From: an uncultured Actinomycetes bacterium
GTDB lineage: Bacteria > Actinomycetota > Thermoleophilia > UBA2241
Direction: 5' to 3'
Assembly: GCA_963725665.1 (NCBI GenBank)
Contig: CAVRZA010000002.1
Coordinates: 128,001-192,000, forward strand
DNA: 64,000 bases
Of this stretch, positions 41,606-51,424 are shown in pieces. Both the position numbers and the translations under genes were made by a program. Within the stretch, counting starts at the first letter, position 1, and every line of letters starts with the position of its first letter. The notes under the pieces are model-generated. The model saw only the letters and a list, made by a program, of their open reading frames with translations, did no database searches and was not told where the DNA came from.

Positions 41606-41654
41606 CAAGTTCCCCCGGCGGGGCGATTCGCGCCGGCTCGTGAGCCCGTAGGCT
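41606..41654 (+). promoter_or_regulatory. Putative response-regulator box plus -10, copy 2
   Basis: CAAGTTCCCCCGGCGGGGCGA then TAGGCT after 22 nt. Confidence 0.55.
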
Positions 41655-41704
41655 TCGCTCATCGCAATCATCCCGCCGTGAAGACAACGACTGGGGGTCA
41701 CGAA

Positions 41705-44120
41705 ATGACAAGGAGCCGAGGGACACGCAGGGATCGTGGAGCGGGCCTCACCGAGCGCCTCGCACGAACGAGCGCTACGCACCCGTGGCGCACCATCGGC
41801 GTCTGGGCGGCGCTCATCGTCCTGGCCGTTCTCGCCGTCGGCTCGCTGCTCGGCAGCGGGCTGACTTCGGAGAGCAAGTTCCGCGGCAGCGAGCCCGGCA
41901 GCGTCACCGCCGACCGTCTCATCGAGGAGCGCCTCAGCGGCCCGCACAAGGTCACCGACTTCGTCATCGTCAGGTCGGCGAACCTCACCGTGGACGATGC
42001 CGCCTTTAAGTCCTACGTGCAGGACGTCACGGCGCAAGATCGAGGCCCTCGGCAGCGAACGTCGTTGAGGCCACCTCCACCTACTACGCCACCAACAATC
42101 CCGGCCTGCTCTCCAAGGACAAGCACGCCACGCTCATCCCCGTGGTCATGGCGGGCAACATGGACGACGGCGCTCAAGAACGTCGATAAGCTGCACGAGA
42201 CGGCGATGGCCGCCCAGGGCGAGGGCTTCACCATCGCCCAGACCGGCGAGGCCAGCCTCAACGAGATGTTCACCGAGCTGGCCGAGAAGGACCTGATGCG
42301 CGGCGAGATCTTCGGCATCCCCGCCGCCCTGATCGTGCTCGCTTATCGTGTTCGGCGCCGTGCTCGCCGCCACCATGCCGGTCGTGCTGAGCATCATCAG
42401 CATCGTCCTCGCCCTGGCCCTCACCGCCCTCATCGGCCAGCTCTACCCGATGAACACCTTCGTGCTCAACATGCTCACCATGATGGGCCTCGCGGTGGGC
42501 ATCGACTACACCCTGTTCGTCATCTCCCGCTACCGCGAGGAACGCGCCCGCGGTCTTGAGAAGATCGAGGCCATCGCCGCCACCGGGGCCACCGCCAACC
42601 GGGCCATCTTCTTCAGCGGCATGACCGTGGTCCTTGCCATGATCGGCATGGTCATCGTGCCCATCGACATCATGATCGGCATGGGCGTCGGCGTCATGCT
42701 CGTCGTCTTTACCACGCTGCTCACCGCCCTCATCGCGCTGCCCGCCGTCATGAGCGTGCTGGGTGACCGCGTCAACGCCCTGCGGGTGCCCCTGATCGGC
42801 CGCTACGCGAGCAAGCGCATGAACGGCCACGAGGGCGTCTGGGAGCGGCTGGCGCACAGCATCATGCGCCGGCCCGTCGTCTGGCTCGCCGTCGCCGTGA
42901 CTGGTGCTGCTCGCCTGCGCCGCGCCGGTCTTCGTGATGAACACGGGCAGCACCCACCCAGAGCGCCGCCCACCTGCCCGACGGCCACTACGCCAAGCAG
43001 GGCTGGGACATGCTCGATTCTGACTTCTCCCTCGGCCAGGCCAACCCGCTGCAGATCGTCATCGACGGTCCCGCGACCTCGACCGCGGTCGAGCAGAGCA
43101 TCGCTTCGCTGAAGCAGGCGATGAAGAAGGACGGCCGCTTCGCACCCGTCCAGGCCACCGTCAACAAGGCCGGTGACCTGACGCTGCTGACCACCGCGCT
43201 GGCCGGCGACCCCGTGGCCGACTCCACACAGGCGCTCGTCAAGCACCTGCGCAGCGACATGATCCCCGCGGCGTTCGCCGGCAGCTCCCGCCCAGGTGTA
43301 CGTCACCGGCACCACGGCGGGAGTGGTCGACTACCTCGGCTTCTTCGACACCTGGCTGCCGATCGTGCTGCTGGTGGTCCTCTCGCTGAGCTTCGTGCTC
43401 CTGCTGGTGGCCTTCCGCTCGATCGTCATCCCGGCGCAGGCGATCGCCATGAACCTGCTCAGCGTGGGTGCCTCCTACGGCCTGCTGGTGCTGGTCTTCC
43501 AGAAGGGCGTCGGTGCCAAGCTTCTGGGCCTCACGCAGGTGGAGAGCATCGAGGCCTGGGTGCCGCTCATGCTCTTCGCCCTGCTCTTCGGCCTCTCCAT
43601 GGACTACCAGGTCTTCCTGCTCAGCCGCATCAAGGAGCGCTTCGACCACAGCGGTGACACGCGCGAGGCCGTGGGCTACGGCGTCGGGCGCACCGCCGGC
43701 ATCATCACCGGCGCCGCCGTCATCATGGTCTGCGTCTTCGGCGGCATGGCGACCGGCGAGCTGGTCGTGTTCCAGCAGATGGGCTTCGGCCTTGCCATCG
43801 CGGTCTTCATCGACGCCACCGTGGTGCGCACGATCATCGTGCCCAGCGCCATGGAGCTGCTGGGCGACTGGAACTGGTACCTGCCGCGCTGGCTGGAGTG
43901 GCTGCCGAACGTGAGCGTCGAGGGCCACGTGCCCGCCGGCCAGCCCGCCCTTCCGGAGCCCGTCGTCTCCGGCGTCGAGTCGATCCCCGCGACGCCGGCG
44001 GCCGTCCCCGCGCCGGCCGGTGCGTACGGGTTCCATCATCTGGCCGGTCGCTCGCGGGCCGCAATGGACCCTGCCCGTAGCAGGGACGAGGCACGCAGGG
44101 ACTCGCACACGATGAGCTAG
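41705..44120 (+). pseudogene. MMPL family transporter with several single-base indels (probably consensus errors)
   Basis: HPWRTIGVW, MGLAVGIDYTLF.ISRYREER, LFGLSMDYQVFLLSRIKE, DATVVRTIIVP spread over several frames. Confidence 0.8.
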
Positions 44121-44412
44121 CCGCGAGGAGTCACCCCCGCTCCTCTCTGGGGCGGCGGGCCGCCGATGAGGCGGCCCGCCGCCTTTGCCTTGCGGCGACG
44201 CGGTGCTTGGAGGTGAGCGCATCGTCTTGCGCTCGCTTGATCCGCGCGGTGGCCGGACCGGCCGCGTGTCCGGCCTCGGTTCGCGCCGCTCCCGTGCTCC
44301 CTTTGCGTATCGCCCGGTTTGGCCCCGGGAACACTCAATCGTGCCCGAGAGGACCATCGGCTCGGCGCGCCCGCGATGGGCGCCCGCCGAGCCGTCGCCA
44401 GGAGGAGGACAG

Positions 44413-44898
44413 ATGGCCGGACCGAAAGCCGAAGCAACGTTCGCCGCGGGATGCTTCTGGGGCGTCGAGGCGCGGTTCAGGTGCCTGCCCGGTGTGACCG
44501 ACGTGGAAGTCGGGTACGCGGGCGGGAGCACGCCGGAGCCGACCTACCGCGAAGTGTGCACGGGGCGCACCGGGCACGCCGAGTCCGTGCGTGTCGTCTA
44601 CGACCCGCAGCGCATCAGCTACCAGCAGCTCCTGGAGGCGTTCTGGGGCATGCACGACCCGACGACGCCGAACCGTCAGGGCCCCGACGTCGGCAGCCAG
44701 TACCGCTCTGTGATCTTCTATCACTCACGGGAGCAGGAGGATGCAGCGCTCGCCTCGCGTGGGGCGCTCGAAAGGGACGGGGCGTACAAAGGGCGGCACA
44801 TCGTGACCGAGATCGTGCCCGCCGGGCGTTTCTGGCGCGCCGAGGAGTACCACCAGCGCTACTTCGAGAAGCAGGGGCGCGCAGCCTGCCGCACATGA
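44413..44898 (+). CDS. msrA: Peptide methionine sulfoxide reductase A
   Basis: [34 protein letters not shown]; GGAGG RBS. Confidence 0.96.
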   Translation: MAGPKAEATFAAGCFWGVEARFRCLPGVTDVEVGYAGGSTPEPTYREVCTGRTGHAESVRVVYDPQRISYQQLLEAFWGMHDPTTPNRQGPDVGSQYRSVIFYHSREQEDAALASRGALERDGAYKGRHIVTEIVPAGRFWRAEEYHQRYFEKQGRAACRT

Positions 44899-45052
44899 GG
44901 CGACGCGAGCCCCGGCGGGGCAAGCAGGCTCACGGCGGCGCCTGTCCGGCCTTGGGGCGGAGTACGCTGCGAGTCGGCGAGCGGGGGCCCGGGGTCGAGC
45001 GGGGCCCTCGGACTGCCCCAGAGTCGACAATCATCACCTTGGAGAGGACGTC

Positions 45053-46096
45053 ATGGCACACGACCACAGGCAAGACCACGAGCGCGGCATCGAGGTGGAC
45101 GGTCTCACGCGCGACTTCGCCGACCTGCGCGCGGTCGATGAGGTCGACCTGAGCATCCCATCGGGCGAGATCTTCGGCTTCCTCGGCCCCAACGGCGCCG
45201 GCAAGACGACCCTCGTCAAGATGCTTGCGACCATCCTCGCGCCGACCGCCGGCAAGGCGAGCGTCGCCGGCTACGACGTGAGCCGGCAGCAGGGCCAGGT
45301 GCGGCGGACGATCGGCGTGGCGCTCCAGGAGGTGGGCCTCGACCCCCTGATGACGTCGCGCGAGCTGCTGGTCATGCAGGCGCAGCTCTTCGGCTTGCCG
45401 ACCGGCGAGGCGCAGACGATCGCGGAGCGCCTGCTGGCGACGGTCGGCCTCGACGACGTCGACCCCAAGAAGCGGGTCGGTGGCTACTCGGGGGGCATGA
45501 AGCGCCGCCTCGACTTGGCGCTGGCGCTGGCGCACGATCCTTTGGTCCTCTTCCTCGACGAGCCGACGACCGGTCTCGATCCGGCCAGCCGCATGGCGAT
45601 CTGGGAGGAGGTGCGCCGTCTCAACGAAGACCAGGGCATGACCATCTTCCTGACCACGCAGTATCTCGAGGAGGCCGACAAGCTTGCTGACCGCGTGGCC
45701 ATCATCGATCACGGCAAGATCGTGGCCCTGGGGACCCCCGACGAGCTCAAGCGCGGCCTTGGTCAGGAGGTCGTAGAGCTGGCCTTCGAGGAGGCGAGCG
45801 TGGCCGGGCGCGCCGCCGACGCGCTGGCCGAAGTCGCTCCGCAGTGTCGCCTCTCCGACAACGGCGTGCGTTGTTACTTCCCCCAGGCCGCGCACGAGCT
45901 GCCGCAGATCGTGCGTGCACTCGATCAGGCCGAGGTGCCGCTGCGTGGCCTCACGATCAACCAGCCGACCCTCGACGACGTCTTCCTGCGGGCGACGGGG
46001 GAGACCATGGCGTACGCCGCTCTCGACGCCGAGAAAGAACCCGCGGAGGACACCCCCGGCGACACGGACACGCGGCCTGAGGAGGTGCTTCGATGA
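45053..46096 (+). CDS. ABC exporter ATP-binding protein (DrrA-like)
   Basis: GPNGAGKTT, YSGGMKRRL, FLDEPTTGLDP, TTQYLEEAD. Confidence 0.93.
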   Translation: MAHDHRQDHERGIEVDGLTRDFADLRAVDEVDLSIPSGEIFGFLGPNGAGKTTLVKMLATILAPTAGKASVAGYDVSRQQGQVRRTIGVALQEVGLDPLMTSRELLVMQAQLFGLPTGEAQTIAERLLATVGLDDVDPKKRVGGYSGGMKRRLDLALALAHDPLVLFLDEPTTGLDPASRMAIWEEVRRLNEDQGMTIFLTTQYLEEADKLADRVAIIDHGKIVALGTPDELKRGLGQEVVELAFEEASVAGRAADALAEVAPQCRLSDNGVRCYFPQAAHELPQIVRALDQAEVPLRGLTINQPTLDDVFLRATGETMAYAALDAEKEPAEDTPGDTDTRPEEVLR

Positions 46097-46854
46097 ACGA
46101 CTTCTTCGTGCTCATCAAGCGCTCGCTCCTGGGCTACCTGCGCCAGCCGGCGGCCATCATCCCGAGCTTCGCCATCAGCGTGTTCTTTCTCTTCGTCTAC
46201 AACGCCGGCCTTGGCTCGGTCGCCGAGCTGCCCGGCTTCAACGGCAGCTACCTGGCGTTCATCATCCCCGTGTCGATCGCCTCGGCGGCCATCAGCGGCG
46301 CCGGTCTCGCCGGTCAGGCGCTGATCCGCGACATCGAGTCGGGCTACTTCACCAAGCTGCTGCTCACACCGACGCGGCGCCTGGCCCTCATCTGGGGGCC
46401 GATGGTGGCCGGCGCCGTCATCCTGGTGGTGCAGGTCCTGGCGATCATGGCGCTGGGCCTGATCATGGGCCTGCGCTCGGCGACGGGGGTCGCCGGCCTG
46501 GTCCTGGTGATCGTCTACGCCTTTCTCTGGGGCATGGCGTTCGCCGGTTTCACCGTGTTCTTCGCCCTGCGTACCAAGAACTCCGCGGCAGCCCAGGCGG
46601 CGACCTTCGCCTTCTTCCCGCTGATCTTCCTCTCCACGACCTTCGTGCCCATGGAGTACATCAGCGCCGGGTGGCTCAAGGTCGCGGCGTACATCAATCC
46701 CACGACCTACGTGTTCGCCGCCATGCGGTCGCTGCTCAACGACGGCTGGCGGGCGGGCCCCTTGCTCGTGGGCCTCGCCGTCGTGGCCGGCTTCGCCAGC
46801 ATCACCGGCGGGCTGGCCCTCTACCAGGCGCGCAAGGCCACGCAGACGACGTGA
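46093..46854 (+). CDS. ABC-2 type permease
   Basis: Six TM segments, DIESGYFTKLLLTP, INPTTY; overlaps the ATPase stop. Confidence 0.9.
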   Translation: MNDFFVLIKRSLLGYLRQPAAIIPSFAISVFFLFVYNAGLGSVAELPGFNGSYLAFIIPVSIASAAISGAGLAGQALIRDIESGYFTKLLLTPTRRLALIWGPMVAGAVILVVQVLAIMALGLIMGLRSATGVAGLVLVIVYAFLWGMAFAGFTVFFALRTKNSAAAQAATFAFFPLIFLSTTFVPMEYISAGWLKVAAYINPTTYVFAAMRSLLNDGWRAGPLLVGLAVVAGFASITGGLALYQARKATQTT

Positions 46855-47074
46855 GTTGAGGAAGGAGGCGGGCGGGGCGGCAAGCTTGCCGCCCCGCCCG
46901 CCCGGCCCTGGCAGCTGTAGCACAAGGCCCGTGTTCCCTTGTGTTCGCGGCCCGGCTCGCCGCCCCCTTACCTGACGCGCCGCGCTGACTGCCCCGCCGA
47001 ACGGCGTAGAATGGGCGCGTCTCACCGGGCCGGCGCGCGCTCGCCCGGACAGCTCGTGAAGGGGGTCAGGGGGA

Positions 47075-48745
47075 ATGAGGAGACACCACTGGGGCTTGGT
47101 CACGTCCATCCTCGTCGTCGTGGTCGTGGCGCTGGCTGTCGTCGGCATCGGTTGCGGCAGCTCGGGCGGCGGCGGAGGGACCGGCACCGCGACCAATCCG
47201 TCGCCGACGGGCTCGCCGCAGTACGGCGGCATGCTCAGCATCGCCTTTCAGACGGAGCCGACGACGATCGATCCGGCCATCGCCTGGGACCTCACCGGGA
47301 CGACCATCGAGCAGTCGGTCTTCAACACGCTGCTCGCCTACGCGCCGGCTCCGGGCATGGCCGGCACGAAGCTGATCCCGAGCCTGGCGACCGAGGTGCC
47401 GCAGCCCACCAACGGCGGCAAGACGTACGTCTTCCACCTGCGCCAAGGCGTCATGTTCCAGCCGCCGGTGAGCCGCGAGATGACGGCCGACGACGTGAAA
47501 TACAGCTTCGAGCGCATGATGAAGCTGCCCCGGGCTCCGGCGACCTACTTCTACGTGGGCGTGAAAGGCGCGCCGGCATACCAGGCCGGCAAGGCAAAGG
47601 AGATCACAGGCGTCAAGGTCCTCGACAAGTACACCGTCGAGTTCGATCTGAGCTATCCCGACCCCGCCTTCCTGAACGCCTACACGATGTGGTTCGGCTA
47701 CGTCGTGGCCAAGGAGTGGGTGCAGAAGTGGGGCGACCGCGCCGTCGCCCGTCATCCCCTGGGCACGGGCCCGTTCATCTTCGTCCACTGGACACCGGGC
47801 CGCGAGGTCGTCCTGAAGAAGAACCCCAACTACTGGGACAAGGGCAAGCCGTACCTCGACGAGCTCAAGTTCGTCTTCTCGCTCACGCCGAGCACCGCGC
47901 TGCTGAAGCTGGAACGCGGTGAGATCGACGTGCTCGGCGACAACATCCCGCCGGCCGACATCCCCAGGGTGCTCAGCGACCCGCAGTGGAAGGGCCAGGT
48001 GCAGACGCAGAAGTTCATCGCCGGCGTCTACTTCTTCATGAACCAGCAGTTCAAGCCCTTCGACAACGTCAAGGTGCGTCAGGCGCTGAGCTGGGCCATC
48101 AATCGCGAGAAGCTGTGCAAGCTGCAGAGCGGCCAGGCTACCCCGCTCTGGCAGTTCTTCCCCGAGGGGATGCCGGGCTCAGAGCCGGGCAAGAAGTACT
48201 ATGGCTACGATCCCGCCAAGGCCAAGCAGCTCCTCGCTGAAGCGGGGTACCCGAACGGCTTCAAGACTCAGCTCTACTCTCACAACGTCGACCCGTTCCC
48301 GAAGATCATCCAGTCCGTCCAGAACGACCTGGCGCAGATCGGTGTCACGGCGTCGGTGAAGGTGCTCGACCGCGACACCTTCTACACGGTCTCGGAGACG
48401 CCTCACAAGACGGCGGCGGGTACGGCGGAGTGGTACATGGACTTCCCCGACCCGTCCGACTACGTGATCCCCCTGGCCAGCAAGAGCAACGCCCAGGAGG
48501 GCGGCATCAACTCGGCCTACTGGTGGGACCCGCAGATCGAGAAGATGATCATCGATGCCCGCTCGCTCACCGGGCAGCCGCGGTACGACGCCTACACCAA
48601 GATGGCGCAGATCATCATGGACAACGCCCCCTACGTGACGCTCTACCAGCCGCTCATGACGACGATGTGCTCGAAGAACACGGGCGGCTTCTACCTGAGC
48701 TACATCTACTGGTTCGATACGGCCAACTACTGGCGCATCCAGTAG
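47075..48745 (+). CDS. ABC substrate-binding lipoprotein, family 5 (peptide/nickel-like)
   Basis: Lipobox VGIGC, TIDPA, PLGTGPF, PFDNVKVRQAL, AKQLLAEAGY. Confidence 0.9.
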   Translation: MRRHHWGLVTSILVVVVVALAVVGIGCGSSGGGGGTGTATNPSPTGSPQYGGMLSIAFQTEPTTIDPAIAWDLTGTTIEQSVFNTLLAYAPAPGMAGTKLIPSLATEVPQPTNGGKTYVFHLRQGVMFQPPVSREMTADDVKYSFERMMKLPRAPATYFYVGVKGAPAYQAGKAKEITGVKVLDKYTVEFDLSYPDPAFLNAYTMWFGYVVAKEWVQKWGDRAVARHPLGTGPFIFVHWTPGREVVLKKNPNYWDKGKPYLDELKFVFSLTPSTALLKLERGEIDVLGDNIPPADIPRVLSDPQWKGQVQTQKFIAGVYFFMNQQFKPFDNVKVRQALSWAINREKLCKLQSGQATPLWQFFPEGMPGSEPGKKYYGYDPAKAKQLLAEAGYPNGFKTQLYSHNVDPFPKIIQSVQNDLAQIGVTASVKVLDRDTFYTVSETPHKTAAGTAEWYMDFPDPSDYVIPLASKSNAQEGGINSAYWWDPQIEKMIIDARSLTGQPRYDAYTKMAQIIMDNAPYVTLYQPLMTTMCSKNTGGFYLSYIYWFDTANYWRIQ

Positions 48746-48873
48746 CAGGATGAGATAGGTGGCGGCGAGGGCGGGCGGGCCGCCGGCAGGCGGCCCGCCC
48801 GCCCTCGCCGCGCGCGCCCCTCCAGTGCGTGCTGGCGGGAGGTTACATGCCCCGGTCGGCCGCCACGGGACTC

Positions 48874-49698
48874 TCAGGCCGCGGCTGCGATGCCCCTTTG
48901 CTCGGCGTCGGCGGCGAGCTGCGTCACGAAACGCTCGATCGTGGCGCTCAACAGCTCCGGCGCGGCGAACATTGGCAGATGACCTCGCTCGGTGATGCGC
49001 TCGACGTCGTACCAGGGGTGCAGGTCGGCGAACGCGTGCAACATGTCGAGGTCGTCGTCATCGGCAGCTCCGGCGGCGAGGTGCAGGACGGGCGGCGGCT
49101 CGATCGCGGCCAGCGCCTGCAGCGGGCTGCGCCCGCCGGCGTAGCTGGCCGCGATCGCACGCGCCGCCCGCGACCACAGGTCGTGCCCGCGGAAACGCAT
49201 CTCGCCCATGATACGCCGCAAACGTCGGTCACTGAGTCCGTCGAACCATTCCTCGATCATCGCGTCGAGGGTCCGTCGCCACCGCATCGCGTCGCTCAGC
49301 GCGCGCAGCTGCGCCAGGAGGCGGGGGTGCGCGGGGAACACCTGCCAGTCGATGAGGACCATCCCGGCGATACGCTCGCTCAAACGCCGGCGCAGCTCGA
49401 TCGCCGGCCACCCGGCCTGACCGTGCGCGACCAGGACCACCCTGCCGACCCCGCTGGCAGCCATCACTGCCTCGGCGTCGTCGGCAAGCTCGCGGTGTCC
49501 GAAGTCGGCGGAAGCCCGTCCCGACTCACCGTGTCCGCGCCAGTCGAGCGAAAGGACCCGGCGGCGACGCGCCGCCAGGTCAAGGACGGGCGCAAAGACG
49601 CGCCGCGGCATGCCCCAGTCGGGCAGCAGCATGAGAGCCGGCTCGCCGGCCCCGTGGCGTTCGTAGGCGATCAGAGTGTTGCTCGAGAAGGTCAGCAT
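48874..49698 (-). CDS. Alpha/beta-hydrolase-fold protein resembling HOD/QDO/AqdC cofactor-independent dioxygenases
   Basis: DWRGHGES, DFG, AHGQAGW, LIDW, EEWFDG, SPLQAL, FADLHPWY, GHLP. Confidence 0.75.
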   Translation of the reverse strand: MLTFSSNTLIAYERHGAGEPALMLLPDWGMPRRVFAPVLDLAARRRRVLSLDWRGHGESGRASADFGHRELADDAEAVMAASGVGRVVLVAHGQAGWPAIELRRRLSERIAGMVLIDWQVFPAHPRLLAQLRALSDAMRWRRTLDAMIEEWFDGLSDRRLRRIMGEMRFRGHDLWSRAARAIAASYAGGRSPLQALAAIEPPPVLHLAAGAADDDDLDMLHAFADLHPWYDVERITERGHLPMFAAPELLSATIERFVTQLAADAEQRGIAAAA

Positions 49699-49824
49699 GT
49701 GCGGACGCGATCGACAGTTGCCCGCTTCATTCCCCCGCCGCGACACATGAAAGCGTGGGGCCACCAGCGACGCGGCCCCGCGGAGGGGAGCCTCCACGCT
49801 CGCCGACGGCGACGAGCGCGCCTG

Positions 49825-51198
49825 TCAGGCCTCCCGACCGAGCTCGAAGCGCAAGGCGTCCTCGAGGTCGGGGAAGACAAAGCGGAAGGAACGCTCCTCG
49901 AGCCGCGCCGGCACGACGCGCATGCTGTCCAGCAGTAGCTCGCGGGCCATCTGACCGCCGGCCTTCTCGACGGCGGCTCGTGGCGCCGCCATCACCGTCG
50001 GCCGGCGGAGCACGCGGCCGAGGATCTGGGTGAACACGGCGTTGGTCACCAGACCGGGCGCCACCGCGTTGACCGGCCCGCTGAGCGACTCGTCGGCCAG
50101 CGCGGCCAGCATGACGCCCAACAAGTCGTCGAGGGAGATCCAGGGGAACCACTGCTCGCCCGAGCCGATCCTGACGCCGAGGCCGAGACGGAAGACCGGC
50201 AGCACGAGCGGCAGGACCCCGCCGGCGGCGGTCATGACGATGCCCTGCCGTGTCGTGACCACGCGAATGCCGGCCTCGCGTGCCGGGTCGAGCGTCCGCT
50301 CCCACTGCACGCCCACGTCGGCGAGGAAGCCCTCGCCGGGGGCGCTGTCCTCGCTCAGCTCCTCGTCGCCGCGGCCGCCGTACCAGCCGACGCCGGCCGC
50401 CGACACGAGCACGCGCGGCTTCTTCTCGAGGCCGGCGAGGGTGTGCGCGAGCAGCGAGGTGCCGTCGATCCGGCTGCGCAGGATGGCGTCCTTCTTGCCC
50501 GCCGTCCACACGCCGGCGATGCTCTCACCCGCGGTGTGGACGACGGCGTCGAGGCCCTCGAGCCCGGCCGCGTCGATCTCTGCGGCGGCCGGGTCCCAGA
50601 AGACCTCGCCTTCGCCGGCGGGGCGGCGGCGCACGACGCGAACGATCTCGTGGCCACCGGCCGAGAGGAAGGCGGCCAGGTTGCGTCCGATGAGGCCGCT
50701 GGAGCCTGTGATCGCCACCCTGAGTCGGGGAGTCGCGCGCGTCTCCTTGTGGCGCTCGAGGTCGTTACGCGTGCGCTCGTGGCGGAAGCGGAAGAGCCGC
50801 TCGAGCTGGGGCCGTGCGGGGCGGCTGCCCAGCAGCCGCCCCGCACGGCCCCCGGGCAGCTCATACTCGAGGTGGTCCTCGAGGATACTGGCGTCGTCTC
50901 CGTCGGGGATGAAGCGGTGGGTGTGGTCCCAGGCCCCGAACGGCCCCGTCACCTGACGGTCGGCGAACTGGCGGCCCGGTACGACGTCGTGGTGCTCGGC
51001 CACCCAGGTGCCGCGCAGCGGCCCGGCCTGGACCTTCAGCACGAGGCGCGAGCCGTCGGCGATGTCGCCACGACGCTCGACAACCTTCACCCGCTGCCAC
51101 GGTGCCACCAGACGCTCGAAGGCGCCCGGTCGCGCGTGCCACTCGAAGAGCTCCTCCGCCGGCACCGGCATAGAGCTGAGCCGCTCGAAGACCTCCAT
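49825..51198 (-). CDS. SRPBCC domain fused to TIGR01777 (YfcH-like) NAD-dependent epimerase family
   Basis: WHARPGAFERL, FADRQVTGPF, ITGSSGLIG, GSGEQWFPWI, GPVNAVAP. Confidence 0.88.
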   Translation of the reverse strand: MEVFERLSSMPVPAEELFEWHARPGAFERLVAPWQRVKVVERRGDIADGSRLVLKVQAGPLRGTWVAEHHDVVPGRQFADRQVTGPFGAWDHTHRFIPDGDDASILEDHLEYELPGGRAGRLLGSRPARPQLERLFRFRHERTRNDLERHKETRATPRLRVAITGSSGLIGRNLAAFLSAGGHEIVRVVRRRPAGEGEVFWDPAAAEIDAAGLEGLDAVVHTAGESIAGVWTAGKKDAILRSRIDGTSLLAHTLAGLEKKPRVLVSAAGVGWYGGRGDEELSEDSAPGEGFLADVGVQWERTLDPAREAGIRVVTTRQGIVMTAAGGVLPLVLPVFRLGLGVRIGSGEQWFPWISLDDLLGVMLAALADESLSGPVNAVAPGLVTNAVFTQILGRVLRRPTVMAAPRAAVEKAGGQMARELLLDSMRVVPARLEERSFRFVFPDLEDALRFELGREA

Positions 51199-51424
51199 GG
51201 ACCCTCCTCTCACCGCCGCCCCAAGGCGCACGTAGATGCTCGGAGGTTTACCCGCGGCGGCGGCTTTCTCAAGCTTGAGAGCGCCCCTGCGCCGTTCGCG
51301 CACGCGGCCCGGCGGACCATGGCCAGTGTGACTGGGAGGACGCCTGTGAACGAACGGGGCACCCGGCCGAGCGAGACGCCTGCGGGCGAACGTATAGACT
51401 GGCGAGTCGACACAGGAGCGATGC

